Made by a program: the position numbers and the translations under genes. The notes under the pieces are model-generated. The model was not told where the DNA came from. It did not search any database and saw nothing but the letters and a program-made list of their open reading frames with translations. A stretch of DNA of 55,021 nt, the filler included, from Sphacelaria rigidula (Eukaryota), in assembly GCA_964200075.2 (NCBI GenBank). It is 6 parts of 6 records of this genome, joined end to end, with 100 filler letters (N's around TTAATTAATTAA, not from the genome) between each part and the next. Parts side by side here need not be neighbours in the genome. Positions count along the whole stretch, not along the records: positions 1 to 9,088 come from CAXNAA020009335.1; positions 9,189 to 18,276 come from CAXNAA020009336.1; 4 more parts are not named here. One strand, 5' to 3'. Each line of letters starts with the position of its first letter. Position 1 is the stretch's first letter. This document shows positions 1 to 12,504 of the stretch, piece after piece.

Positions 1-3000
1 TGCAGACCGCACGTGCAGCCGCGGCACGATACACTGCAGACTGCACAGCAAAAATATGAGGCATGATAATCAGGAGGTCGACAACCACACCACCGTCTGT
101 GTTATAACTCTCACAACTAGGCGCCTCTTACGCACTCCCGATCCCTTCCGCCGTAGAGTAGGCGTTTTTAGTTGTGACAAGGGAATGATATCGATCCCAA
201 AAAGTGGAGTGTCTACCTCAGTCTACCAGCAGGGGGATCGCCGTCTAAGAGTTAACCTTCGACTGCCGACCGTTTTGGAGCGGAAACGTTCATTTCCCAA
301 CCCTCATACGTATAGCGGACCATGAACGATGCTTGTCTGCCGGGTTTCTTCGAGCGTTCATCCATAACTGGGCCAAGATTGATGATTGGGCGAGCAGGAT
401 CCGTTGCAGTCAGAGGGCTCAACTGTCAACTGTACCCACTACAATCGTCATCGGACAACAGTTTCGATGCAGACCGGGTCATCGGCGACATCCCTTGCTG
501 CATCTGTGACTGTGACACCTTCCTCTGATACTGATTCACACATTCTCCAAGTTTCGGCGTCATCTGACGCGAGGTGCGGATTCTCTCCACGACTAAGCTG
601 CCAAAACACCGCCTCCATTATATGGAAAATGAGCAACACTCAAGACTTCTCTGTGTAGCAATTATCGCCCCATCGCACATTCCTCGCACACCGCACCCGC
701 CGGGGCACCCTCAGTGCTCCATCACACACTCCTCGCATACAAGCGTAGTACAGTCAGTGCAAAAGTAGGTGTCCATGTTGTATGTACAGTACCGTTGCAA
801 TAGTAGCTGCTGCGGCACTCCTTGCATCCTCTTCATGACCGTAGTACCAGGGACAAGACAGTACAGTGCTTTTTTGCCGGCAGCGTTACTACCGTAAAAT
901 AGCACGATGTCGCCTCTGCTGGCTGCGTTGACTGCACCTATTGTTTCATGCTCGTCGTGCCCCTCCACCGATTGCAGACTCTTTAGTATTGTATATTGAG
1001 ACGGTTTCTACCGCACTACTAACTGTCACGTGAGCTTGTTGTGTGCGGTATGGCACAATCAACCGTCTGCTGCACACATTGCACCGCCTACGACACGACT
1101 ACTGTACCAAGCGGCGGTCGGCTGAAGTAAGGGTTGATATGCTTATCATTTCGATCCCTATTTTAACAGTAGCTACTGTGCGTGTGCGCGCGCGCGCGTG
1201 AGTGTGTTGCCATCCCTTCTGTACTGTACCTCGACGGGATTATTCACGTGTTGGTTTACCGTAGGTGGCACAGGCACAAAATGCAAATGATGACCACTAC
1301 CAGCGTCTGCACGCAGGCTAGATGATGGCCTCGCGTGTACAACTCCCCAGGACTTTTTCGTAGATTATAGGCGGGGTTTTGAAAACTGACTTCACTGGAA
1401 AAAGTCTCTGAGAAAAGTCGTTCAAAATCAACACTTTACCGGTACCAGTAGAAAGCCTACAATCTACCCTAGCTAGTGGTCCACATCGTTCTCTCAACGG
1501 GGTTACCCCGGTGAGAATATTTTTCCATCCTTTCCCTACACACGCGCAATGGTCATCACGCACTGTTGGGGCCTGTTGCATACGTGCCCCTGAACATGAG
1601 GGAGGCATCGCTCGAACACACTCACCCGTTCCCACTGTTTTTTACTCGTTATCCTCCCCCCTCCCGCCCGCCCCTCCTTCGCGGGGATAAAATTGAGCGT
1701 ATCTCCCCGAACAATCTCAGCGGGAAGGGGGTGTTATCTGACGTTTGAGCCATTTGCGGTCGGACAAAAACGAACCTGAACAGGTAACGGGTACTAGTAG
1801 AAAGCCTACAACCTACCCTGATGCCTCACCTTTTGTTTTTCTTACTGGGACTGCAGACACCCCAGGGAAGATCTTGTTCCGTCTCCTCCATAAAAACGCG
1901 CCGAGATCGTAATCTACCCGCAAGAAGGGATCTAAGACATGAGCGTGAGTTTCCTGTGAGTTGTGATTGAGTTTGCACAGCAAACAGGGTGCACGCACAG
2001 TTAGCAGTCCAGACGACATCTCGATGACGCCCACTCAAGTGTGAATCATAGCAGTTGGCCTGCAAGCTTCTGTCTCTCGCTTTGTTTGTGCAACGGTTTA
2101 CACAGCGTACATTGCTTCACGTGAGAACGGTACCCTGCCGCACAACAGACTGCAGTAGAAGATATAGTCGGTGCAGTATATACCTGGTACAAAACAGTAC
2201 ACACCGCACCGTACCGTACCAACATGTACGCGCTAGTTTTGTGCCATTCTGGCCATAAATATAAGATGCAGTTGATACACAGTGCATCAGCGCATGTGCC
2301 TTGTATTTATTACCAAAATCGGAGGCAAAAATGGGGCACGACGCGAGGACAACTGTAGGCCTTCGGAGGTACTTCTGCGCACGGACCGCCGATACGCACG
2401 AGTCACCAATGTGCCGTCGTCCTACCACGAGTTGTAATTGTTGCAAACAGGGTTGTGTAGGAGGAAATTGCATTGTTGATGGCAGGGGACGATGATGGTG
2501 AAGCGTCTTGCTACAGACAGCGCACAGTACAGTCTGTTTTACCAGTTATTGCGTTTTTCGACTGTGGTATTCGTGGTGTTTTTTCTACAACGACCGAGGA
2601 GCAGGAGTCCGGCAGCCGTCCCGACAGAAGAAGCCAAGCAACATTTTTTTTACCCTACATTGCCGATGCATTCCCGTACCGTATATCAGGCCCCCATCCA
2701 GCTGTGCAGCTATGTTTCTCCCCAAGTTCAAAACTCATGAGGATACATGTTGTGTCGTGGTGCATGTGTCGTGGAGTTGTAATGTGATGTTCCTCTCTCA
2801 GCAAACATGAGGGCAAAGTCAGATTGGACATGAGCTGCCGCAAGCATTGAGAGATTCTACTCGAAAACGTTTTTTGAGTGGCAAATTTATTCGGATCACA
2901 ACAGGTGGCCTGCCTCTCAGCACACCCCACATTCCCCATCTCGTTCCGTCCTTGTGAAGGGCCTTACAGGAGGAATTTGGGACACTGACAGAAAAAGAGG

Positions 3001-4143
3001 GAATGTATTTGCACGCAGCGGCATCCCCTGCAGGAATAATGTACAGTACACGAACAACTGGTTGAGTGGAGTAACGTTTTGCTACGCACCTTATATGGGG
3101 GTGCGGTCTATGGGTAACTCCGCAAATTAGCCGCTTCACTGGCGTCGTTCAACCACCACGTCAGTTCGATCTTTCTGACTCGTGATCAACTTGTGCCAAT
3201 CTCTTCTAACAGTGCGCATCATGGACGCATATTTTTTTCGAGTCCAGGAGATACTTTGGACGTATGGATCAACTGCATTTTTATAAGTCTGTGATCGTTT
3301 TGCAATGTCTTGAATTTAAATTACCGCCCCCCGCAAAATTTGGGCTTCCGGGGGAAAATTGGGGGTGTTGCGTGGACTCGGAGATATATCACGTCTGGGT
3401 GACTAAACTAGTAGTCCCTGTGACGGCGGGTCGTTTCGTTGCGATGAAATACGTTGTTGTGTAAGGTCAGGCCTTCGGGTAGGCCAACGATGTTTCGTGG
3501 AGGGAAGGGGCGGGGGGAGGGTTACGTCCGTACCCGCCTCGGAAAGGCGTGTTACTCGGTGGGCGGGGGAGCGTACTATATAGCGGGTGGCAGCGTACTA
3601 CGGAACGTTCTGGCAAACGAACACGTCGTCTCATCCATAATCAAAGCGTATGTATACCCTGGGATGTCTACGGTTCCGCAACTCCACTGCACCCCGCTAT
3701 TCAACAAAAGGTATCAACTTAGCATCGGCATACATGCATGTATTTGTAACCCACGAAACATCCCTACCTTCCCCTCTAATTCTTTTCCAAGAAATCCAAG
3801 CAACAATCCCTTCCGCGAGTGCCCTCCGTAAGTCCATCTCCACCTCAATCTCCGCCATATCTCGTGCGTCTTATCCCCACCCAAGCAACGTGGCCTCCCA
3901 TTCCAAGTAGATGCTCTTGTTTACCGCCACTCCTGAACACAAGATTGCTGACCTCTGAGAATGCTGTAACCGCAGTCACTATACAGGAAACTTTCTCGAG
4001 ATGTCTTGCTCGGGTCGAATTTCTCCCTCGCCCGCACTTTTTATATTTCATCGTGCCAAGCTTGTCGTGAGTGTAATCCCTGTGATGACCCTCTATTCCC
4101 TCCCCCGCGCGCCGCTGCGATTGCCCCCCGACACAACACAAAG

Positions 4144-7100
4144 CCTTGACGCATGCAGCCCTGGGCTTCGTCGTCGAAGAGAGCGAATCCAAGCACGTTC
4201 TGGAGTACTATGCTGTGGACTACGTCGGCTCCTTCCTCCCCACTCTTCCCCCTCCCCCACCCACCCCGGCCCCCGTAACCGCCCCGCCGACCACCCTCCC
4301 GCCGTCGACTACGTCGCCGACCGTTGCTCCCACGAGCTCTAACTCCTCTACCCCGGCGCCGGTGGGGCCCGAGACTAGTGCTCCTACGACAACCCCTCCT
4401 CCTAGTGTACAACCCGTAACACCTGCGCCGACGGCAAACAGTACAGCTGGAAATGACACAACGGCAACAACGAGGATGAACCTCGAGACATTCGCAGAGG
4501 GGGCGCCGCCGGCGGGCGACAATGATGTTAGTGTGTGGTTGGAGGATGTGGACATGGTGCAACAGCTGCCACTCGGGGGAGGCGGAACGGGGAATGGGAC
4601 GGTGGACGTGACCTGGTCGAACGCGGCGGCGGTACGAGCTACGCGCGGGTTCGACCCGAACCTGTGGGTGTCGGCAAACTACGTGGCCAAGATAACGGGT
4701 CTCCTATACAATGACCTCTCAGGTAGGCAGGGTCTGTGTCTATGTGCAGGGAGAGCAGGGGGTGTGGAGTCGTGCGAGTCATTTATCGCTCAGGCAGCCG
4801 ATCAAGTTGTACCATGAAAGGATGAGGTAACTAGAGGTGTATTGAAACGGAAGTTGCAAGTTGGACAAAGACACGGCCATCCGCTTGAGTACCTCCAGTC
4901 GCAATCTCACCTCGCTCGAAAACTTGATCGCGTGTATGGAACATGCCCCTGCTGCTGTGAGAGCGAGGACTCTGACTCCTTTTCCCGCCTCTCTCGTGCT
5001 GCCGCCGTTTAATTCATATATGTGCGATGCCCCAGGGTGGTCAAGTGACTACAAGGATGAACACGAGGCCTATCAGCCACTGTCGGCCTGCGGTGGAAGT
5101 TCCGGAGCAGGCAAAACGAACTTCAAGGCTACGGGATCGTCAGATTCGTACGATTTTGTGTGGAGTGCTTTCGAGCGGCTTGCAAGGTAGGCATCGTTTC
5201 AAACGCAACGCAGAGACCGCGGGCAGCCGGGGACAGGCGGGCGAACGGGGGGAATGAGAAGTGCAGTCACAGGAGGCAAATGTTGAAACTTGAGGAGCTT
5301 TACAAGTAGACCGGACATGCGGTGATTGATGAAAGCTCGACCGCCGTTTTGCGGAGGGTGTGAGTTTCTCATCTGCGGCAGGCATGCGTTTTTCAGGCCC
5401 CTCGAACGGCTGTTTTGCTCAAGATGAGATGAAGTAAAATTGAGCTGTTGTACTTGAAGGGGCACTGGGTAGCATTTTGCGCGTGATACACCTACGGAGC
5501 GCCCTGTGTATAGTGTTACGCGAGCCATAAACTCGGTCATGGGCCATTAAGTAGATTGAGCGCGAAATCCACCTCTCATTGCTGACGAAAGTAGTTGGTC
5601 TATGCGCTGTCTCCGTTGTGTCATGTTTTTATCGTCACTCTCGTGCAAATAGCAACGGCGTGATCTTCGAGCATGAAGTGGTTCTCCCCCCAAGGCGGAC
5701 GACAATGTGCCTGTTTGCCAAAGAAGACGACGCCGACTTGGCACAATTCGTTTCCGCGAAGGGTAACGATCAGGTGAGGTTTGAACCTACCTGCACACGA
5801 ACAGTCAGTTACCTTTTGACTCCATGCTGACTTCTCATCAGGTCTCGTTCGAATATGCTGCTAGTATTTCTACAGTATAGAGATATAATCTGACCCTCAC
5901 CCTGTTGTCTCTCTTTAGTTTGCCAGTATTTCTGGCGTTGCACGTCTTCCCAACTGCGCGCGTTCCAAGGCTTCGAAAAGCGCACGTGGCATCGCTCTTC
6001 CTAAAAATCTGACGATCTGCTGCATAAAATCGTTTTCGGTCGAACGCAGGCTTTGGAGTACTATCGTCGAACCAATAAGTGCATAACCGACCTAGCAGCG
6101 GCAGCCGCAGCGGGCAACGCCACCTACCCCGGCGGGGGTGCCTGCACCTCCCAGGCGATGCCCCGCAAGAGTGCCACAGCGGGCGGCGGAGGCAGCATGT
6201 ACGCGGACGGGGAAGCCGAAGGTGCTGTCTCCCTCTTACTTGGCGTAGGGGGCTGCCTGGGCGGCGAAACTCACGCTTTCTTGTACCACAACGAATCCAC
6301 GCTCATCCGACTGCCACTGCCGGGCGCTCAAGGGCCAAACGACACAGCAGCATCAACGACAGGTGGCTTGTTTGAGACGATCGTGAGTGCTCGCAAGTCG
6401 GGAACCACCCCGACGGCAGGTCTCGTCCGGTATGCCCCCGCAATGCCGGCACGTCCGCCAGCACCCCCAGGGGGATCCGACCGTGCTTGGATTGTGTATA
6501 TTGCGGTCGCTGTCGTGGCCATTTGTCTTGCCGCCGCCGCTATTCGCGAAATGTTCCGCCGAAAACGGCGGGCGGACCTCATGAGAGCTTACGGTATGAG
6601 TGTCGACGGTGCCGGGCCCACCGGCGGCTTGTTTTCTTCTCAGGCTGGTGCTGGGTGGCGTAGCGGGGGACGCGACGCCGCGTCCACAAGCGATTTCGGT
6701 GAGTTTGATTCAGGATTCGGGGGTGGCTACGGCGGAGGTGTAATGTTTCCCGGGGACAGTTATGGCTCCGGGAGCCTTGGCATGTCCGCGGGATCTGGGC
6801 AAGGCAGCAGCAGGATGAGCTGGCGCGGTAGAGGAAACCGCGGCGGCGGGGGCGGGGGCGGCGGCGGCGGCGGCGGCGGCGGCGGCAGCGTGCATAGTAG
6901 CTCCGCATCCAACAACGAGAATGTAGAGCTCAAGCGGCCGCTGCTAAATGCAGCAGATTCGCCTCTTCGAGGTGTTCCGCCGCCGGCGAGATCAGTATCG
7001 CCACCCCCCGCTAGTGGTGGTCGCTCGGCGCGAGGGAGCTCGTCGGGAAGAAATGCTGGCACAAATAGACGCACCCCTTCCTCCTCTGAGGGGTACAAGC

Positions 7101-7384
7101 AGCCGGGCAGCGGCAGCCAGCGACTTTCTACGGAGAGCACTGACCTCTCCCCACCGCCATTTTCAAGGATGCACGGCACTATGGGGGCCAGCCCTGCGAG
7201 TTCGAGGAATACTGAGCACAGTTCGAGCAGAGGTCGCGGACGAGCGCCCGTGGCTACGAGCGGCGGAAAAGATGATGGTGATGATGGTGGTGATGCTGCA
7301 GTAGATCAGGGGCCTTTCGGCGGCAGTGGTGGTGCTGTTGCGGGTGGGGCTGCAATAGAAGAAGGGGATGAAGTCTTCTGTTGA
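4144..7384 (+). CDS. CLN5-like: CLN5-family (BMP synthase / permuted NlpC-P60 fold) single-pass membrane protein, 5'-partial; exons 4144-4722, 5036-5186, 5653-5773, 6050-7384
   Basis: Four exons have AG/GT boundaries and consistent phases (1,1,2,0), giving ~728 aa ending at TGA 7382-7384. Motifs are collinear with human CLN5 as I recall it: HAALGF~HDAIGF, HVLEYY~YTMEWY, FLPTL~FPHL, WSNAAA~WCNQGA, GFDPNLW~GIDDVHW, VAKITGLLYNDLSGW~VATISGNMFNQMAKW, SSDSYDFVWSAFERLASNGVIF~[37 protein letters not shown]~FYLFYNFEYWFLPM. A hydrophobic segment AWIVYIAVAVVAICLAAAAI is followed by RRKRR. The first exon(s) and start codon were not located. Confidence 0.82.
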
Positions 7385-8469
7385 TTTGATGAGCGGTGGG
7401 AGAGCGAGTTTGAAAGTGCTTGTCGGTCGGTGGTGAAAGTTGTGCCTCTACATGATACGTGGTTTGACTTTCATCATGTTTGATTCGAAAGTATCATGGC
7501 TGTTTTTAAACACACGAATTGAGCGCTTGTCCTCTCCTGCAACGAAGACTAGTATCTTCATGGAACAGATGCGTCACTTGCCGTGGTGAGGGGGGGTTAC
7601 TTGAGCGGGGACAGTGTGTGGGGCGCGACAGCGCAGCCCTCTGTTGTCTTGGGGTGCTTTCGTAGAAATGCCGAGCAATATGCATATTATTGGCAGCTCG
7701 TGCACTGTAAATACTAATGTTGAACCAGGTGTTGCGTGATTGCGATTTCTGTGCTTGGAGTATATCTATGACCGGTTCTTCGGATCGATCCCCCGGTGTT
7801 CACGTTCAGCAGGGCCATATGATAGTCGGGACTATTGCCTTCAGCTGGTGAGTACGGGTACGTTTTGTATATAAACTAAAATGTATAGCAGTCTAGGCAA
7901 CACCACGTGCAGAGATAGGCTACGCTGTTGAGAATATAAACAATTTTCAGCAGAGGACTTGTTGTCTTGTATTTATTATTCCCGGTGTGCCGAGTTGGTA
8001 TTCGCGCAAGTGTGGGTATCAGCGATCCAACCCCTTTTTTCGTCGTTCGCTGTCGAATGTCGACCTGTAGCTGATATAACGTTCCTGCACCCGCCGTTGT
8101 CTCTTGAAACGGCGGCAAGGTCACGTCTAGAGATTGCACTATGGGCCTCGTAGCAGTGGCTCTCTGTGTCAATAGCGACTTCCTATTCACAGTTTGACCC
8201 ACTGCGTGCCACTCGCGACCATGTATAGACAGCCGCTTCGCCAGATTGTGTCTGACATTTGATTAAGAGCGAGAACCCAAAAAAGCGGAAACTCTAATCT
8301 ATTGATCGACTGGGGCTGTTTCTTGGAGAGTATACTATTTTTCGCCGAGCCAGTCGAAGAGCGTCTCGAATGAAAGCTGCAGGTCGTGTGAGGACTCCAT
8401 TTCATATTCCTTTTGCCTTGGCCTCGTCAATCCGATGAAATCTTGAACTCCGGATTTCCCACAATGAAC

Positions 8470-8750
8470 AAGGTTTTCGTGAGATTGAGAGTTGGGTGCG
8501 GATTGAGAGTGGCTTCGATCATTCGCTTTAACTTGGCCATTTTTTCATTCCGTGTGTGCTTTTCTTCGTCTCATGACTGCCATGTGCTTACAGCTACACG
8601 TTGATATCCTACTCAGGGGAATCGAGGGCCTCGGTGGAAAGCTGCTACAGAGAGAAAATTGGGCCTGGTGGAGGTGCATTTCGGAACTGAGACGGCTTAT
8701 TCACTAATTGACCGCTTTTCACCCTCGATCATACCTTCAACTCTAAATTT
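8470..8750 (-). repeat. Degenerate coding repeat (unidentified transposon ORF), homologous to 23505-23785
   Basis: Collinear blocks TTCGTGAGATTGAGAGT, TGTGCTTACAGCTACACGT.GA.ATCCT, GCATTTCGGAACTGA, TTCACTAATTG.CCGCTT occur in both copies. Both translate on minus to ...TLNLTKTLF. Confidence 0.7.
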
Positions 8751-9088
8751 CGCGATAACGTTAATGGTGGGTTAACGCCTGAAACAGCTTCACTGCCATA
8801 ATGCCACCCCCGTCCGTATAAGCCTTTTGTGGTTTTATAGTTCCAATTTCACAAAGTGAAGTTGGTTTCTGCTGCGCGTAGAAATTCCACTAACTGGTTT
8901 TTTGTGACTCCGAGATTGCGTCAGGATTCTTGCGATCGTATTTTCCCCACAGTTTTTTCGCTAGATTTTCCACTCTTGACCCTTTTGGGACCGGGCCTCC
9001 AAAACGACTAATGAGGCTGTTGACGAAGACCGAAAGTTTCATCTAGTCTGTTTTCAGGTGCAGGGTGCGCATTAGGTGGTGTACATTT

Positions 9089-9188
9089 NNNNNNNNNNNN
9101 NNNNNNNNNNNNNNNNNNNNNNNNNNNNNNNNTTAATTAATTAANNNNNNNNNNNNNNNNNNNNNNNNNNNNNNNNNNNNNNNNNNNN
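9089..9188. other. Artificial contig linker (44 N + TTAATTAATTAA + 44 N); identical linkers at 18277-18376, 27464-27563, 36650-36749, 45836-45935
   Basis: The same 100-bp structure occurs five times. The core gives stop codons in all six frames, and the flanking segments are sorted by decreasing length. Confidence 0.98.
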
Positions 9189-9646
9189 CCACGCAACTTT
9201 TGCGCCATTCCTCGCGTCTGGGCTGCGTGTATCTGGGTTGCAGCGCTGAAAAAAAAGCCTAGGGATTGATTCGTACGACTCGAATCACTTATACTAAAAC
9301 CAAGTAATTTCCAGACGAATCATTGATGTGTCCGACCCTTGAACCAATGCACAGGAGAAATTTCCAAGCAACGGCGAAGAGGTCGCAACAAAAATCGAGC
9401 ATGTTCCAGCTACCACAGCTGTGCACACGCTAGACGTGCCGCGCATGGTCACACTGCACAGAACATAAAAGGCAGTATTCTCTTTGGGAGTTCCGTTTCC
9501 GGTGTTGTGCGTGTCACACTATTTGGCGGTGTGCTATGTCCGTGAGTCATGGCGCGTGCAGTGCCCGCGCCCGCTGTACACACGCGACGGGGTGAGTCGA
9601 ACACCGTGCAACACAGGACGGACAGAACATACAGTGCTCCCTTAAG

Positions 9647-10152
9647 ACGGGATCTTACAAATTGGGGATGGATCTTTTATTGGGGATGAGAAACCCGAAT
9701 AATTAAAATCTTCGTATCCACAACAAATCTTCGAAATATGGTCCCATTTCTTCACCTACTGATTGCTATTGACAACTGCTACACGCCATAGAACTTCGGA
9801 TTTCGATCACCGAAATGTTGGGGTCCTAGGTGAAGAGCTAATTTTGGAACCATTTTGGCGTCCGTTCGATCCCCGAAATGTTGGGGTCCTAGGTGAAAAG
9901 CCAATTTTGGGGAACTTCGGGTGTCCGAACAGACGCCAAAATGGTTCCAAAGAAATTGGCTTTTCACCTAGGACCCCAACATTTCGGTGATCGAAATCCA
10001 AATTTCTTATGGCGTGTAGCACTTGGCAATAGCTATCAGTAGGTAAAAGAAATGAAACCATATTTCGAAGATTTGGTGTGAATACGAAGGTTTTAGTTCT
10101 CCGGGTTTCTTATCCCCACTAAAAGATCCATCCCCAATCTGTAAGATCCTGT
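9647..10152. mobile_element. Foldback/MITE family A, copy 1 (nearly entirely palindromic)
   Basis: ACGGGATCTTACAAATTGGGGATGGATCTTT... pairs with ...AAAGATCCATCCCCAATCTGTAAGATCCTGT. The arms pair over ~200 bp, and the CCGAAATGTTGGGGTCCTAGGTGAA block is internally duplicated. Confidence 0.88.
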
Positions 10153-10890
10153 GTTCCTTGCACGTCGGGTATTTTCGGGTCTTCATTGCATGGTGGTCAT
10201 GCTCTTGCTTTGCTACTGTACATGCGTCGATTCGAACTAAAAGTTCCCCTTGCGCGGTAGAAACGAACACCAACCATTTTTCTGGCCAGGTGATGTGTCG
10301 CAACGGGATGGAGATCGACGCTGGGGATGCGACATTTGTGGCAAGGTGCTTCTCTCGGGGTGGGGGGTCGCAGGTGCGTGTCTCGTCGTCTCAACTCCCG
10401 TTGGCGAGAGCTGAAAATGTGGGATTCGCATTTTCATCCGTATGGCTGTCGCTCGCTAAGCTCATTATTCGAGAGTTTCGGAAACCGCTTTTTTGTCATT
10501 TCATAGTGCAAATGTCTCAGGATCAGAGTGTAACGGAAAATTGTCCCCCCCCCCCCTACGTCAAATGTGGTATCCCCTTGACTTTTTTTCGATGTGGTTT
10601 TCTTATTTCATTCTGCAGACTGATCCTGAGATATTTGCACTCTGAAATGACAAAAAAAAAGCGTTTTCCGAAACTCTCTCGTATTGTCCGAGTTTGTTCC
10701 ACCATTGGAGAAGGGTATATACATTGTATCGGCATGTAGTGGAAGGAAACAATGTAGAGATTCGGGTAGCATAGTATGTGTCACCGACAGTAGATGGAGC
10801 CTCGGTACGAGTTGTCACAACGCGAGCATGGTGGGTGCAATTAATCCCGATCCCCCGTTTGTGAAAGTAAGCGAACAGTCTCGCGCACAG

Positions 10891-11336
10891 AACAGCCGAT
10901 CATCAAAGTTGGGGATGGAGCTTTTCATTGAGGATGAGAACCAGGACGATTAAACTTCGTACCCACACCAAATCTTTGTTTTATACCTCCATTCCTTCAC
11001 TTACTGGTAGCTATTGGCGAGTACTACACGCCATACGAATTGTGATCTCGATAACCGAAATGTTGAGGTCCTAGATGAAGGGGTAATTTTGGGGAATTCA
11101 GGTGATCCGATCGGATCACCTAACTTCCCCAAAATTACCCCTTCATCTAGGACCTACCTCAACATTTCGGGTATCGAAATCACAATTTGTACGACGTGTA
11201 GTACATGTCAAAAGCTACCAGTAAGTGGAGGAACGGAGGTATATTTCGAAGATTTGGTGTCGATACGAGTATTGTAATCCTCCGAGTTCTCATCCTCAAT
11301 GAAAAGCTCCGTCCTCACTCACGATGATTAAATGTT
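10891..11336. mobile_element. Foldback/MITE family A, copy 2
   Basis: GGATGGAGCTTTTCATTGAGGATGAGAAC ... GTTCTCATCCTCAATGAAAAGCTCCGTCC, with palindrome centre GGTGATCCGATCGGATCACC (11101-11120). Confidence 0.88.
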
Positions 11337-12393
11337 ACATGAGAAGTACAACAATGAAGCCACTCCAAGCTAGGACATGGCCACGTCAAACAAATGCCAC
11401 ACCTGTGAAAGCCGTCTTGAGTCTCTTGCAGGTCCTTGTGAGAAAACAGATACCTCTTGACGTGTTTTCCGCCTTTCGCCCCGTTCTACGATGAATCCTC
11501 CCGTCATTTTGAGCATGAGGCCTTCTTTCAAGGGTACTACTGTAAACTTTGTCCTCAATGGTTTTTTACTCCGTGTTTGGTCCCAAAGTCCAGTCTCCCC
11601 ACGTATGGGATGCGACCTCTTTATCGTACTATCGGGAGAAAAGTGTACGACAGTTGTACGCTACTTATGTTGTGAAAGGTCCGCCTCCACTTTGGCGTCC
11701 TCGCAACTTTGGCAACAGCGAGCTCACAACCTTCGAACCCCGTAGTGCGCAGTACGGTGATGCTGGTGTGAAATCATGCCCACTCCTCTGTAGTATTTCA
11801 TGGAAGCTCTCCGAGGTTATTATTCTCCGTACACACGGATCTCCCGAATTAGAAGATATATTTGCACACGATGAACAACCAGAGGACGCATTGAGGTGAT
11901 TTTCTCGTTTTCGACACACTTTCAACCTTGCCCTTCCTCAAGGTGCGCTCTAGTCGCGAGGGACCAACCCGTCTCTCCCCTGGTACATGCCTGATACTTT
12001 GGTATCGCGGATTGGATCATGACTATAACACTCCCACACCGCGCCGACTCTCGTCACATTTCCTTTGCTGCTCACGCCCTCACGTTTCCAGGGATAGTTA
12101 ATCGGATGGTTCTCAGAAATAAGCTTCTGGGACTCTTTAACAGCTTTCAACCTTCCACCTCACTCGGCTATAAATGTACCAGATAGATACACTGTACACA
12201 GGAACGGCACAGGATGAACGTTACTGCTTACCAGGTCGTTTGTTACTTACGGTCGAGGATAACGAAGCGGCGTGTTTCTCGTGATTGCCACTTGAATAGG
12301 TGGACTACAACTCGTTGTGTGACGCCGTCTACCCCTGCGATTTTTCCCGAAATGGGGACAGCACACATCGCGGTCGATCCAGTATCGACAGTA

Positions 12394-12504
12394 GCAGCAG
12401 CAACAACAACAACAACAACAGCAGCAACAGCAAAAACAGCATCAACAACAACATCAACAACAACAGCAACAGCAACAGCCACAACAACAACAACAACGAC
12501 AACA
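12394..12504. repeat. (CAA/CAG)n trinucleotide microsatellite
   Basis: Imperfect run of CAA/CAG/CAT triplets. Confidence 0.9.

Noticed and set aside
197-257. Short blocks shared between distant sites (197-257 with 46533-46595 inverted; 610-650 with 30262-30305; 1441-1470 with 1790-1819)
   Set aside because: The similarities are real but too short to define elements; treated as ordinary dispersed-repeat fragments.
680-968. B-box-like motif YFCTDCTTLVCEECVMEH on the minus strand
   Set aside because: A stop follows immediately, there is no exon structure, and the resemblance to 14740-14870 is faint, so it cannot be supported as a gene.
2969-3060. Candidate upstream exon of the CLN5-like gene (EEFGTLTEKEGMYLHAAASPAG...)
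   Set aside because: The phase would fit, but the donor (GTTGAG) is weak and there is no clear CLN5 N-terminal motif or signal peptide; left unassigned.
9133-9144. TTAATTAATTAA as a biological motif with ~9.19-kb periodicity
   Set aside because: It is an assembly linker centred in N runs; the periodicity comes from size-sorted contigs.
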